Source: an uncultured Phycisphaerales bacterium (GTDB lineage: Bacteria; Planctomycetota; Phycisphaerae; Sedimentisphaerales; Anaerobacaceae). From it: DNA of 64,000 bases. How positions within the stretch are numbered: position 1 is the first letter of the stretch; every line of letters begins with the position of its first letter. The position numbers and the translations under genes are program-made. This document shows positions 28,736 through 37,149 of this stretch, one piece after another. The notes beneath the pieces were generated by a model. The model had not been told where the DNA came from, made no database searches, and saw only the letters and a program-made list of their open reading frames with translations. Location: NCBI GenBank assembly GCA_963772725.1, contig CAVYYI010000005.1, forward strand, positions 212,244-276,243, read 5' to 3'.

Positions 28736-30769
28736 GTGGCAAACAGTAACGATATTCGTAATGTTGTTGTTCTGGGGCATGGCGGAAGCGGCAAAACGTC
28801 GCTGGTTGAGGCTATATTGCACAAAACCGGCGCGACAAACCGTCTCGGCAACGTCGATGAAAAGACCGCGGTCTGTGACTACTACGATGAGGAAAAAGAG
28901 CATCAGCATTCGATACAGGCGGCGATAGTCAATACCAAATACGCCGGCAAGTTAATAAATATTATTGATACGCCGGGCTATCCCGATTTTGTCGGTCCGG
29001 CGATAAAATCCATACCGGCCTGCGAAACAGCGGTAATCGTAATAGGCGCATCGTCGGGAATAGAAACCAACACCCGCAAACTCTTTGAGTTGGCCGCTAA
29101 AGCCTCTATGCCCCGCATTATAGTCATCAATAAAATCGACGCCGAAAACGTTGACTTTCCGGAACTCCTTAAGAATATCGGCGAAACGTTTGGCTCTAAC
29201 TGCCGCTGTGCAAATCTGCCTTCATCCGACAAGTCATCAGTGGTGGATTGTATAGACAATAAAACCGGCAGCGCTTTTTTGATGGATGTCGCCGAGGCGC
29301 ATACCAATCTCATCGAAAGTGTCATCGAGGCTGACGATGCTCTTATGGAAAAATATCTTGGCGGCGAAGAGGTTTCACCTCAGCAGATAGCTTCGGTATT
29401 TGTAAAGGCGATGAAAGCCGGCACGTTAGTACCCATAGTGTTCACAAACTCCCGCAAAGAGGTCGGCATAACCGAACTTATGGATATTATCGCAAAATAC
29501 ACACCTTCGCCGGTTGAGGCCAAACCGATGGTGCTTAAAGATAAGGACAAATCGGTCGAACTAAAAGCAGACCCGACCGGCCCGCTGGCAGGCCTGGTAT
29601 TCCGCGTCGGCTTTGACCCTCGCTCGAGTATGAAATATTCGAGCATTCGCATCTTCAGCGGGACAATGAAGTCCGACACCAACCTTTTGCGAAATGACGA
29701 AAGAAAAGGCATCAGGCCGGGACATATCCTCAAATCTCAGGGCATCGAAAATATTGAAACCCCCCTGGGAATCGCAGGCGATATTATTACCCTGGCCAAA
29801 GTCGATGAACTGAAAATGGGCGACCTTGTCCACGATGGCAAAGTAAGCGGCAAATTTGAAATACCGCTCGTTCCGGAACCTATGTTCTCATTGGCGCTGG
29901 AGCCGGCTACAAGGGGCGATGAACAGAAAATCAGCAGCGCCCTCGAAAAGTTGCGAGAGGAAGACCCCTGCTTTAAGGCTACCCATGATGCACAGACCAA
30001 AGAGCTGGTTATAAGCGGACTGGGCGAACTGCACCTGCGGGTCATTCTCGAAAAGATGGCTAAGCAGTATAAGCTTTCCGTAACAACCAAGCAGCCCAAG
30101 ATTCCATATCGTGAGACAATTACGATCAAAGCCGAAGGCCATTATCGGCATAAAAAACAAACAGGCGGCGCCGGTCAGTTCGGCGAAGTTTATCTGCGTG
30201 TTGAACCCGCTGAACGTAATTCTGAGCCGCCTCTGCAGTTCAGTTGGGATATTTTCGGCGGTTCCATCCCCGGACAATTCGAGGCGCCTATCGTCAAGGG
30301 TGTAAATGATATTATGGAAACCGGTGTTATCGCCGGCTTCAAAATGCAGGACATAAAAGTTTCTGTTTATGACGGCAAATACCATCCCGTGGACTCAAAG
30401 GAAGTGGCCTTCAGAGCGGCGGGAAAAGGCGCATTTCTCGATGCCGTCTCAAAAGCAAAGCCTGTTCTGCTCGAACCGATAGTAAATATAGAAATTACCG
30501 TGCCCGCGGAGAATATGGGCGATATTGCCGGAGACCTCGCATCTAAACGCGGAAGAGTCATCGGCCAGGATATGCTCGCTGGGAATATGATGGTTATTAA
30601 GGCCCAGGTTCCTCTGGCGGAAGTTACACAGTATAACAGCCAGTTGAAAAGCGTTACCGGCGGCAGAGGCAGCTACTCTATGACACTTAGCCATTACGAA
30701 CTCGTGCCTTCGCACGTCCAGCAGCAAATAGTCGCCGCCAATGCAAAGGCAAAAGAAGTAGAAGAATAA
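28736..30769 (+). CDS. Elongation factor G paralogue (EF-G-like translational GTPase)
   Basis: The 677-aa ORF is intact with a GTG start. It has G1 GHGGSGKTS, G3 DTPGYPDF and G4 NKID, then EF-G domains II-V (for example HKKQTGGAGQFGEV). It is not in an rpsL-rpsG-fusA-tuf context. Confidence 0.85.
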   Translation: MANSNDIRNVVVLGHGGSGKTSLVEAILHKTGATNRLGNVDEKTAVCDYYDEEKEHQHSIQAAIVNTKYAGKLINIIDTPGYPDFVGPAIKSIPACETAVIVIGASSGIETNTRKLFELAAKASMPRIIVINKIDAENVDFPELLKNIGETFGSNCRCANLPSSDKSSVVDCIDNKTGSAFLMDVAEAHTNLIESVIEADDALMEKYLGGEEVSPQQIASVFVKAMKAGTLVPIVFTNSRKEVGITELMDIIAKYTPSPVEAKPMVLKDKDKSVELKADPTGPLAGLVFRVGFDPRSSMKYSSIRIFSGTMKSDTNLLRNDERKGIRPGHILKSQGIENIETPLGIAGDIITLAKVDELKMGDLVHDGKVSGKFEIPLVPEPMFSLALEPATRGDEQKISSALEKLREEDPCFKATHDAQTKELVISGLGELHLRVILEKMAKQYKLSVTTKQPKIPYRETITIKAEGHYRHKKQTGGAGQFGEVYLRVEPAERNSEPPLQFSWDIFGGSIPGQFEAPIVKGVNDIMETGVIAGFKMQDIKVSVYDGKYHPVDSKEVAFRAAGKGAFLDAVSKAKPVLLEPIVNIEITVPAENMGDIAGDLASKRGRVIGQDMLAGNMMVIKAQVPLAEVTQYNSQLKSVTGGRGSYSMTLSHYELVPSHVQQQIVAANAKAKEVEE

Positions 30770-30783
30770 AACTGTTGGCTGTT

Positions 30784-31414
30784 TTATCTGTCGGATTGTT
30801 TTTGAGACCCGTCTGAGTTTTTCAGGCTCTCAAGAAGCCGTTCAAGTTCCTCTCTGCGAGGGAGCAACTCTTTTCGTACGACTCTTTGGTTCAGCCAATA
30901 AACAAACCAGAAAAACAATGCTGTTGCCGCTATAAGCAGGATTCCCATGAGCCGGGTATGTGTCAAAATGGCGGCATATACAAACCAGATGACACATCCC
31001 AAGCCGGGCGGCAGCAAATACCACCAGAATACGTTTTTTAACAGCCATATCTGGTGGTTAACATCCAATAAGGATGTCTCTGCACAGTTTGTAATCGAAT
31101 CGCTCATTTTTGGTTCTGCGCTTTTGTACAACATGGTCTCCAATAAAAAACACAACCATATAAAGGCTCAAAGCTGCCAGAAAATACATTGGCCAAACAA
31201 AACCAAGTCCCATCCTACTGAAAAAAATGCCAAAAAATAAAAAGGCAATAACACAGAAAACCGCCGCTGAAATCTCAATGATGTCACGTTGTATAATCGA
31301 AGTTCTGAAATAATCCCGACTTCTCTTTAGTTCGGCAAGAAAAACTTCGGTGTCAATCCTTACCGTATTCCCATCCTGCTGGTTCCAGACTTTTTTAATA
31401 TCGTCAAAATTCAT
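30784..31414 (-). CDS. Membrane protein co-transcribed with the ECF sigma factor (putative anti-sigma); one frame switch in an A5 run (T5 at 31107-31111 on the + strand)
   Basis: ORFs 31058-31414 and 30784-31155 join as ...FFIGDHVVQKRRTK/MSDSITNCAETSLLDVNHQIWLLKN.... There are four predicted TM helices, and the start lies 12 nt after the sigma-factor stop. Confidence 0.55.
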
Positions 31415-31426
31415 CGATGAGCCCTT

Positions 31427-31936
31427 TCAGTAATTGAGCGAGCTCTTTTTTGCCCGGTTTAGTTTTACACCGACATTATTTTGGGAAATGCCGAGTACCT
31501 CGGCTATGTCATCGTAACTGAGACCATCCAGGTACATAAGAACGATAGAACCATCAATTTTTGGCAGGCTGCGAATCGCTTCGTAAAGGCGTTCTGTAAT
31601 CTGCTGTGTCTCTGCCGGCTCACAATCCTGCTGCTGTATTCCTTCATTGAGTTTAATAGCCGTTATTTTATTATGCTTCTTTTGCCTTCTGACCTGTCCC
31701 CTGTTCCAGACTAATGCCGTATTAACAGCCACGCGGTAAATCCACGTTGTTTCTTTGGCCTTACCCCTAAAACCGGGAATGGATGACCATAACTGCAGCA
31801 AAATCTCCTGAAACAAATCATCCTGGTCCTGTGGAGAACAGCCATAAGTCTTAACGACCTTAAATATAAGCTGCTTATATTCGCCAAGCCATCGCTTAAA
31901 TAATTCTTCGTTTTTATTGACCGCCATCCCGGACAC
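31427..31936 (-). CDS. ECF-type RNA polymerase sigma-70 factor
   Basis: Region 2 is DQDDLFQEILLQLWSSIPGFRG...TWIYRVAVNTAL. Region 4 is the HTH LSYDDIAEVLGISQNNVGVKLNRAKK. Confidence 0.88.
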   Translation of the reverse strand: MSGMAVNKNEELFKRWLGEYKQLIFKVVKTYGCSPQDQDDLFQEILLQLWSSIPGFRGKAKETTWIYRVAVNTALVWNRGQVRRQKKHNKITAIKLNEGIQQQDCEPAETQQITERLYEAIRSLPKIDGSIVLMYLDGLSYDDIAEVLGISQNNVGVKLNRAKKSSLNY

Positions 31937-32053
31937 CTGCTTTCTATATAAATAGTAACCGCAACCTGTGCTTTATTACAAAATATTTTGGAATTTCTGT
32001 CCGGATAAATCGCATAGTGTTCTTTAGGCGAGCCCCCAAAAGAGTTTTGTTAA

Positions 32054-32127
32054 TGCGCCCGAGAGGATTCGAACCACTGACCCCCGGTTTAGGAAACCGG
32101 TGCTCTATCCTACTGAGCTACGGGCGC
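32054..32127 (-). tRNA. tRNA-Arg (anticodon CCT)
   Basis: The cloverleaf has acceptor GCGCCCG/CGGGCGC, D stem GCTC/GAGC and anticodon stem CCGGT/ACCGG with loop TTCCTAA. The T arm AGTGG-TTCGAAT-CCTCT has one T-T mismatch. Confidence 0.85.
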
Positions 32128-32225
32128 GAAAATCGCGCGGCAAAATTAAACAGCCTGCCACACATCTTATGAATTATAGACGCAAACGCGTTTTTATCAA
32201 GGCCAAAACTCCCGAGAAAAAAATG

Positions 32226-32254
32226 TTGCAATATCCTTTGACGCTGTTTATCTT
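32226..32254 (+). promoter_or_regulatory. Candidate promoter TTGCAA-N17-TATCTT (copy 1 of a duplicated module)
   Basis: It lies about 75 nt upstream of the symporter ATG. The region 32214-32260 is about 80-85% identical to 33802-33848, including an upstream A-tract. Confidence 0.5.
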
Positions 32255-32328
32255 ATGAATTCAAATGTGTGTGCGGGAAATTAAATTTACCCAAAATTCA
32301 GATAAACGGATGCAGAAGGAGCCGGAGA

Positions 32329-33650
32329 ATGGAATCTCTTGAACAGGTACTTTCAAAAATATGCGATTTTGTATGGGGGCCGCCGCTGCTGATACTTTTA
32401 TTCGGCACGCATATCTATCTGACTATTCGGCTCAAATTCATTCAGCGATATATCGGCAAGGCAATCAAACTGTCGTTTTCGCGGCATAAGGAAGGTGAGG
32501 GCGATGTGAGCCATTTCGGGGCGCTGATGACCGCGCTTGCCGCGACTATCGGCACAGGCAATATCGTCGGCGTGGCGACGGCCGTCGCGGCGGGCGGGCC
32601 GGGAGCGGTGCTGTGGATGTGGCTGACGGGCGTTTTCGGCATCGCGACAAAATTCGGCGAAGCGGTGCTTTCGGTAAAATACCGCATCACCGCCAAAGAC
32701 GGCTCGATGGCGGGCGGGCCGATGTATGTGCTTGAGCGGGGAATGAACGCAAAATGGCTCGGGATAATTTTTGCGATATTCACCTCTGTCGCGGCGTTTG
32801 GCATCGGCAATATGGTGCAGGCAAATTCCGTCGCCTCGATGCTCAAGGAAACCTGCCATGTCTCGCCGTGGCTCAGCGGCGCGGATAATGACCGTCATTA
32901 CGGCCATCGTGATTATCGGCGGGATAAAATCCATCGCCCGCGCATGCGAATGGCTTGTGCCGTTTATGGCGATATCGTATGTACTCGGCTGCCTGATTAT
33001 TCTTGCCCTTAGAATCGACACCATCGGCCAAACCATTTCGCTGATATTCACCTCGGCCTTTACCGGACAGGCTGCCGTCGGCGGATTTTTGGGCGCCGGT
33101 ATGAAAGAGGCGATGCGTTACGGTGTGGCAAGGGGACTTTTTTCAAATGAATCGGGGCTTGGCAGCGCGCCTATCGTCGCCGCGGCGGCACAGACAAAAA
33201 ATCCCGTCCGGCAGGGACTTGTTTCTTCGACCGGAACATTCTGGGATACGGTGGTCGTATGTGCGATGACGGGTTTGGTCGTCGTCAATTCCGGCGCGTG
33301 GACAGAGGGCATAAAAGGAACGGCGCTTACCAAAGCGGCGTTTGCCGATCTGCCGGTTGTCGGGCCGATCGTTCTGACGGTGGGGCTTGTTACGTTTGTA
33401 TTTTCCACGATTTTGGGCTGGTCGTATTACGGCGAAAAGGCCGATTGAATATTTATTCGGCACAAAAGCAATCAAGCCCTATCGCTGGATGTGGGTGGTG
33501 TGCGTAATGATCGGCTCGGTCTCGACGCTTAACGCGGTCTGGACGTTTGCCGATATCGCCAATGCCCTGATGGCCGTGCCGAATCTTATCTCGCTGCTTG
33601 TCCTTACGCCGGTTATCATAATGCGAAACCAAAACGCACCTGTGGAATGA
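32329..33650 (+). CDS. Alanine/glycine:cation symporter (AGCS family); two frame switches
   Basis: It contains [41 protein letters not shown] and [21 protein letters not shown], which are AGCS signatures. Three ORFs (32269-, 32771-, 33387-) join at switches near 32883 and 33441. Confidence 0.85.
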
Positions 33651-33740
33651 GCAGCCTCCCGTCCCGGAACAAAGCCGAAGCGATGAACGAACACCTGTTG
33701 CGCCGGAGCTTTAGCACTGGTAAAAATACAACTTTGGCAG

Positions 33741-33770
33741 CCGTGTTATCAGTATAATCCGTGATTAAAA
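33741..33770. repeat. 30-nt intergenic element (copy B, inverted relative to 16724-16753)
   Basis: The reverse complement reads TTTTAATCACGGATTATACTGATAACACGG. Confidence 0.7.
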
Positions 33771-33813
33771 CTCATTTATGTCCTTAGCCATAAAATCTTC
33801 TGAGAAAAAAGTG

Positions 33814-33842
33814 TTGCAATATCCTCTGCCGTAAGTTATCTT
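33814..33842 (+). promoter_or_regulatory. Candidate promoter TTGCAA-N17-TATCTT (copy 2), ending 6 nt before ATG 33849
   Basis: It has the same hexamers, the same spacing and a near-identical spacer to 32226-32254. This geometry would give a leaderless or near-leaderless transcript. Confidence 0.5.
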
Positions 33843-33848
33843 ATAAAT

Positions 33849-34343
33849 ATGCGAAAAGAACTGAACATGCGGAAACAATTGACAGCCGCGATTTGTGCAG
33901 TGACAATATGGCTGATGCCATCTTTGGCGGCACAGGATTCAAATCTCTGCGAACTTAAACTCGAGGGCAAATTCATCCAGTACATTGTTCTCATAGATGA
34001 GAATAACAAAGGCCAAACACTTAATCAGTCCGAAGAAAGCATAAACCTGCCGGAGGGGACATATAGAGTTGGGCAAATTCACCTTCAGGGCGGATATGTA
34101 AATTATAATTACAAAAGAAGAGAAATAACGCTGACTAAGGATAAGCCCGCGACATTAAAAATAGGCGGGCCGCTCAAACAAACATTGGATGTGCAAAGAC
34201 AGGGGACAATTCTCAAACTCGACTATAAACTCGTTGGTATAGGTGATGAAAGTTATACCCAAAACGACAGAACTAAACCGCCGCAATTCGCCATATATAA
34301 CGGTGATAAGCAAATCGCCGCCGGCCAATTCCAGTTTGGCTGA
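33849..34343 (+). CDS. Exported hypothetical protein (164 aa), ending at a TGA that is in frame with the next ORF
   Basis: It has a signal peptide (LTAAICAVTIWLMPSLAAQD) followed by beta-rich sequence. I recognise no domain. Confidence 0.55.
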   Translation: MRKELNMRKQLTAAICAVTIWLMPSLAAQDSNLCELKLEGKFIQYIVLIDENNKGQTLNQSEESINLPEGTYRVGQIHLQGGYVNYNYKRREITLTKDKPATLKIGGPLKQTLDVQRQGTILKLDYKLVGIGDESYTQNDRTKPPQFAIYNGDKQIAAGQFQFG

Positions 34344-34382
34344 GGCGGCTCTTGCTCGTACTCGTGGCGAGTACCCTTAACT

Positions 34383-35195
34383 ATGGCTGGCGAACTTAAA
34401 CTGGTCGCCTCAAGCGACATCGGTGAATTGGGGCCTAAAGAGGCTGAGCCGGTAGTTTTCAACTGGAAATGGTATTATAATGCTCCAACTGCGATTCTCT
34501 GGTTGATACTCCTCGCAACTCTGGTGTTGATTAAAGACAACCGAAATCCACAGGCATGGCTCATCCTTGTTCCAGTAGTTATTGTAACCCTGCTGGCGTC
34601 ACTATTAATCAGACTTCTTCCTCGCGGTTTTGAAATAGTAACTGTCATAATTCAGACTTTTTGTGTTGGTATTGCTGTTATTTGGTTGCTTGCGCACAAA
34701 CTTGGCAATCGAAACCGTCTTGCGACATTTCTTCTAAGCCTTATTATAATGGCAATAATCGCAATAGCGGGAGAAAGTCAAATCACCTCCAACTTTAGCC
34801 TAAAGTCTTCAACTGTAACGATCGTTTTTATGCTTACACTGACTCTGCTTCTCGGTATGACGATGAGCGGAGTAATGTGCCGCAAACGTTACAATGGTGT
34901 GCGTTTTATGCTTTGGTTGCTGTTATGGAGTATTGTTTCCGCCGCGATTATAATGTTTGTATTTATGGCTATAATGCTGTTTTCCATCAGTGCTTCTTTA
35001 GACAATATTCGTATGATACTTATGCAAGTTCCTATCGGAGGCTTGGCTTACGGTCTGTTTGTATATTTGATTAATCTTCCGTTTATGATTCTGGTTTTGC
35101 GAAGCGGTTTTTACCGAAAGCGGTTTTACGGCTGTTTTCATTTGGTCTCAATGACCACCCCAGTAACCCCAACTGCAGAGACTGTATCGCAATAA
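34383..35195 (+). CDS. Polytopic membrane protein (270 aa), same frame as the upstream ORF
   Basis: About seven hydrophobic helices follow a roughly 40-aa hydrophilic head. There is no clear Shine-Dalgarno sequence before ATG 34383, and there is no stop codon between the TGA at 34341 and this ATG. Confidence 0.55.
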   Translation: MAGELKLVASSDIGELGPKEAEPVVFNWKWYYNAPTAILWLILLATLVLIKDNRNPQAWLILVPVVIVTLLASLLIRLLPRGFEIVTVIIQTFCVGIAVIWLLAHKLGNRNRLATFLLSLIIMAIIAIAGESQITSNFSLKSSTVTIVFMLTLTLLLGMTMSGVMCRKRYNGVRFMLWLLLWSIVSAAIIMFVFMAIMLFSISASLDNIRMILMQVPIGGLAYGLFVYLINLPFMILVLRSGFYRKRFYGCFHLVSMTTPVTPTAETVSQ

Positions 35196-35199
35196 GTTT

Positions 35200-35227
35200 T
35201 ATAGCCGCAGTTGTTCTGTCGGCTATA
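35200..35227 (+). terminator. Hairpin just after the membrane-protein stop (TATAGCCG-N12-CGGCTATA)
   Basis: It has a perfect 8-bp stem 5 nt after the stop codon, but no clear U-tract follows. Confidence 0.3.
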
Positions 35228-35543
35228 GGCTAAAGAATATAAAATATCATCGTAAAAGAAACTGGCCGCATGCCGTTGTGAAATCCCTTTCAATTTGGTT
35301 GCTATACTATAACGTATCGGCAGAAGAATAACTCCTTTCTTGAACAATGATTGCGGCACAGCCTCTAAAGCCGAGGGCATTGGAATAAGAATATAATTTC
35401 GTAACCGTAGATGGGATTATTGTGAAAAATTGTGCGGAGGGGGAGAAAAATGGTATAATCGCGGGGTTGGCTGCGCGGTACGCCAAGGCGAATTCGCGGC
35501 AGGGTTTTAAAAAAAGTTTATTTTATAAGGATGGAAACTGGAT

Positions 35544-35897
35544 ATGAAAGGGCTGACGACTATAATGCTTTTAATCGGCTCAAATATGTTTATGACTTAC
35601 GCGTGGTACGGACATTTGAAGGATTTTAAGTACAAGCCCCTGTTTATAGTGATTGTGCTTAGCTGGGGCGTGGCGTTTATGGAGTACTGCCTTCAGGTGC
35701 CGGCGAACCGCATCGGGTCGCATTTTTTTTCGCTGTCGCAGTTGAAGGTGATTCAGGAGATTATAACGATATCAGTCTTCGCGGTCTTTTCGGTAGTTTA
35801 TATGAAGCAGCCGTTGAAGACTGATTTTTTATGGGCATCGCTGTGCCTGGCCGGAGCAGCATATTTTATGTTCCGTAATTTTATTCCGCCTGTATAA
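35544..35897 (+). CDS. DMT-superfamily small membrane protein (DUF486-like)
   Basis: The 117-aa ORF has four TM helices and contains MTYAWYGHLK and LSQLKVIQEIITI, typical of the DUF486 family. Confidence 0.7.
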   Translation: MKGLTTIMLLIGSNMFMTYAWYGHLKDFKYKPLFIVIVLSWGVAFMEYCLQVPANRIGSHFFSLSQLKVIQEIITISVFAVFSVVYMKQPLKTDFLWASLCLAGAAYFMFRNFIPPV

Positions 35898-35935
35898 CTC
35901 GAAAATTTCCGCCGCAGTTCGCAGAATTATTGTCT

Positions 35936-35964
35936 TTGACACAAGGGTGAATTCGGTATAATAT
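35936..35964 (+). promoter_or_regulatory. Near-consensus sigma70 promoter (TTGACA-N17-TAATAT)
   Basis: The hexamers are at 35936-35941 and 35959-35964, about 35 nt upstream of ATG 35998. Confidence 0.55.
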
Positions 35965-35997
35965 ACGTTTGTTTAGCGAAAATTGAGGGCTTATATT

Positions 35998-36975
35998 ATG
36001 CGTTATATTCCAATAATTGTGTCGGCTTGTTTCCTTTCGGCAATAGGTTTTTGCCAGTCGTCTCTAAATACCTCCGATTGCAATGCGGCAGATGCACAGA
36101 AGTCCAAAGCACGCTGGCATGAGGCACTTGAACTGCAGGGTACAGGCAAATACAAGGAAGCCTGCGAAAAATGGAGCAGGATTATTGAGCTTGAGCCAAA
36201 TTCATACAAGGCATATTATGAGAGGTGCTCTTGTTTCGCATCTTGGGCTTCGCGAATAAAAGACGATGAGCTTTTAACCAAAGCACACGATGATTATGAA
36301 AAGCTAAAGGCTTTATCGCTGGCATATAAGGATAATCCCGCGATACGAAAATGGCAGGCCGATGCAGGAATCAACCTTACCAGCAGCTATTCCCAAGCCG
36401 GAAAAACGGAAGATGTATGCAGCATATATAACCAGTTAACGCTGCTTGCCGGTAACCATCCGGACGAAGCAACACTTCGTGAATCACAGGCGGCGGCGGG
36501 TACTAATCTTATTCTTGCTTATGCGAAGGTGAATAGACCAGATGATGCATGCCTTATCTATGGCAAGCTAAAGTCTCTTGCTGAAAAGTACTCTGACGAA
36601 CCGGCGCTTCGAGTAAAACAGACTCACGGAGGCATCCTCCTTGTTGGGATGTATGGGGACGCCCAAAAGATGGATGATGCACGCCGAATTTATAATGAAA
36701 TTAAAGCACTTGCTGATATACACAAAGACGAACAGCGGTTGCGGGAGCAGCAGAGTTGGGCGGTTTACAACCTTACTGAGGCATATAGAAAGGCCGGAAA
36801 GATAGCTGAGGCTAAAGCACAACTTAGCGAGCTGGAACAATTGGTCAAGGCGTTGCCGAAATGTACATCACAGTGGATGCTTACTGATAATATTAAAAAC
36901 CTGCGGCAGAGGTTGGGTATGAAGGATGAAGAAAAGAAAGAAACTGGCCAACAGGTAAACCAATCGCACAATTGA
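35998..36975 (+). CDS. Repeat-rich (TPR-like) exported protein
   Basis: It has a signal peptide (MRYIPIIVSACFLSAIGFCQSS). Five units of about 40 aa follow, with the pattern D..C.IY..L..LA....DE..LR..QA....NL..AY. Confidence 0.6.
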   Translation: MRYIPIIVSACFLSAIGFCQSSLNTSDCNAADAQKSKARWHEALELQGTGKYKEACEKWSRIIELEPNSYKAYYERCSCFASWASRIKDDELLTKAHDDYEKLKALSLAYKDNPAIRKWQADAGINLTSSYSQAGKTEDVCSIYNQLTLLAGNHPDEATLRESQAAAGTNLILAYAKVNRPDDACLIYGKLKSLAEKYSDEPALRVKQTHGGILLVGMYGDAQKMDDARRIYNEIKALADIHKDEQRLREQQSWAVYNLTEAYRKAGKIAEAKAQLSELEQLVKALPKCTSQWMLTDNIKNLRQRLGMKDEEKKETGQQVNQSHN

Positions 36976-37149
36976 AAATGAACAAGATAGCTTAGCTGTA
37001 CGAAGTTTGATTATACCTCTGCCCGCAAAGCGAGTCAGTCGAAAAAAATGTTATAACTTGCACTCAGATTTTTGGTGGGTTGGGACTGCTTCGCTCGCAG
37101 TGACAAAGGGGATTCTGGGCGAAAAGTAACATAAAATTGATATAAATTT

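Noticed and set aside
35138-35380. An 80-aa minus-strand ORF in the spacer after the membrane protein.
   Set aside because: There is no RBS and no motif. It overlaps the 3' end and the terminator-like hairpin of the + strand gene.
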